Of a stretch of DNA of 37,374 nt, positions 37,085 through 37,374 are shown piece after piece. Below the pieces are notes generated by a model, which searched no databases, was not told the DNA's origin, and saw only the letters and a list, made by a program, of their open reading frames with translations. The stretch's first letter is position 1. Every line of letters begins with the position of its first letter. A program made the translations under genes and the position numbers. The stretch is from a virus (Duplodnaviria > Caudoviricetes), in IMG/VR virus record IMGVR_UViG_3300037991_004913, positions 1 through 37,374 of that record. The stretch is one strand, 5' to 3'.

Positions 37085-37112
37085 GTTTATTTTTTTAACA
37101 GGTTATTATAGA

Positions 37113-37121
37113 TTATATATT
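37113..37121 (-). promoter_or_regulatory. Putative late promoter motif AATATATAA upstream of bS1
   Basis: Same core as five other sites; about 29 nt from the ATG. Confidence 0.5.
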
Positions 37122-37176
37122 ACTCTTGTTTGATCTAATATTAGTTATACTTATAAGTTAGTTGTTTGTTTAAGAA

Positions 37177-37374
37177 TTAGATTAAAGTTGCCCAAGGAAA
37201 CACAAATGGTGGCGGTGGAGTACCAGCAGCAGCAAACCCAATCCAAGTACCACTTATAGTTTTTAAGTGGGCAATGAAGGCTACATTAAGAGCTGTACAA
37301 AGAGGATATGTTTTACCTAATTTAAATGCAGCTGCTATGGCAGGAGTCAATGCAACTGTAAGCCCAGGAATTAA
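37177..37374 (-). CDS. 3' end of a hypothetical, probably structural gene (partial)
   Basis: Hand translation: ...LIPGLTVALTPAIAAAFKLGKTYPLCTALNVAFIAHLKTISGTWIGFAAAGTPPPPFVFPWATLI*, with TAA at 37177-37179. Confidence 0.7.
   Translation of the reverse strand, partial: LIPGLTVALTPAIAAAFKLGKTYPLCTALNVAFIAHLKTISGTWIGFAAAGTPPPPFVFPWATLI

Noticed and set aside
37085-37176. Possible tRNA, ncRNA or terminator in the intergenic gap
   Set aside because: Very AT-rich with no cloverleaf, T-loop or GC stem plus U-tract visible.
1-37374. Stop-codon reassignment as seen in some jumbo phages
   Set aside because: Long genes are intact under code 11 with tight packing. TAG (7654) and TGA (7301, 10155, 12319) end genes at natural positions.

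Overview
An AT-rich, gene-dense segment of a large T4-like (myovirus-type) jumbo phage, with all real genes on the minus strand and standard genetic code. The host is probably Bacteroidota (inference from SD-less A-rich leaders and a Bacteroidota-type envelope protein). In transcription order (right to left): a partial structural gene, a 4-domain ribosomal protein bS1 homologue, a COOH-NH2 amidoligase, neck gp13, baseplate gp25 and gp6, a gp7-like wedge protein with an inserted zincin-like domain, several large virion proteins, a collagen-containing tail fibre, a spanin-like protein and a gp3-like tail completion protein. Next come a small acidic-propeptide/amphipathic-peptide protein, a RuvC-like resolvase, GroES, gp32 SSB, primase, UvsY, UvsW, a repeat-rich acidic scaffold-like protein, and a partial KxDG nucleotidyltransferase-like gene missed by the ORF track. 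Most notable: (i) candidate head-packaged, protease-processed cargo proteins, including an antimicrobial-peptide-like membrane peptide; (ii) an ATATATAA late-promoter-like motif that often sits inside hairpins abutting start codons; (iii) a structured, GGCA-repeat leader on the SSB gene; (iv) phage bS1 together with SD-less leaders. All family calls come from motif recognition by eye; no searches were run.
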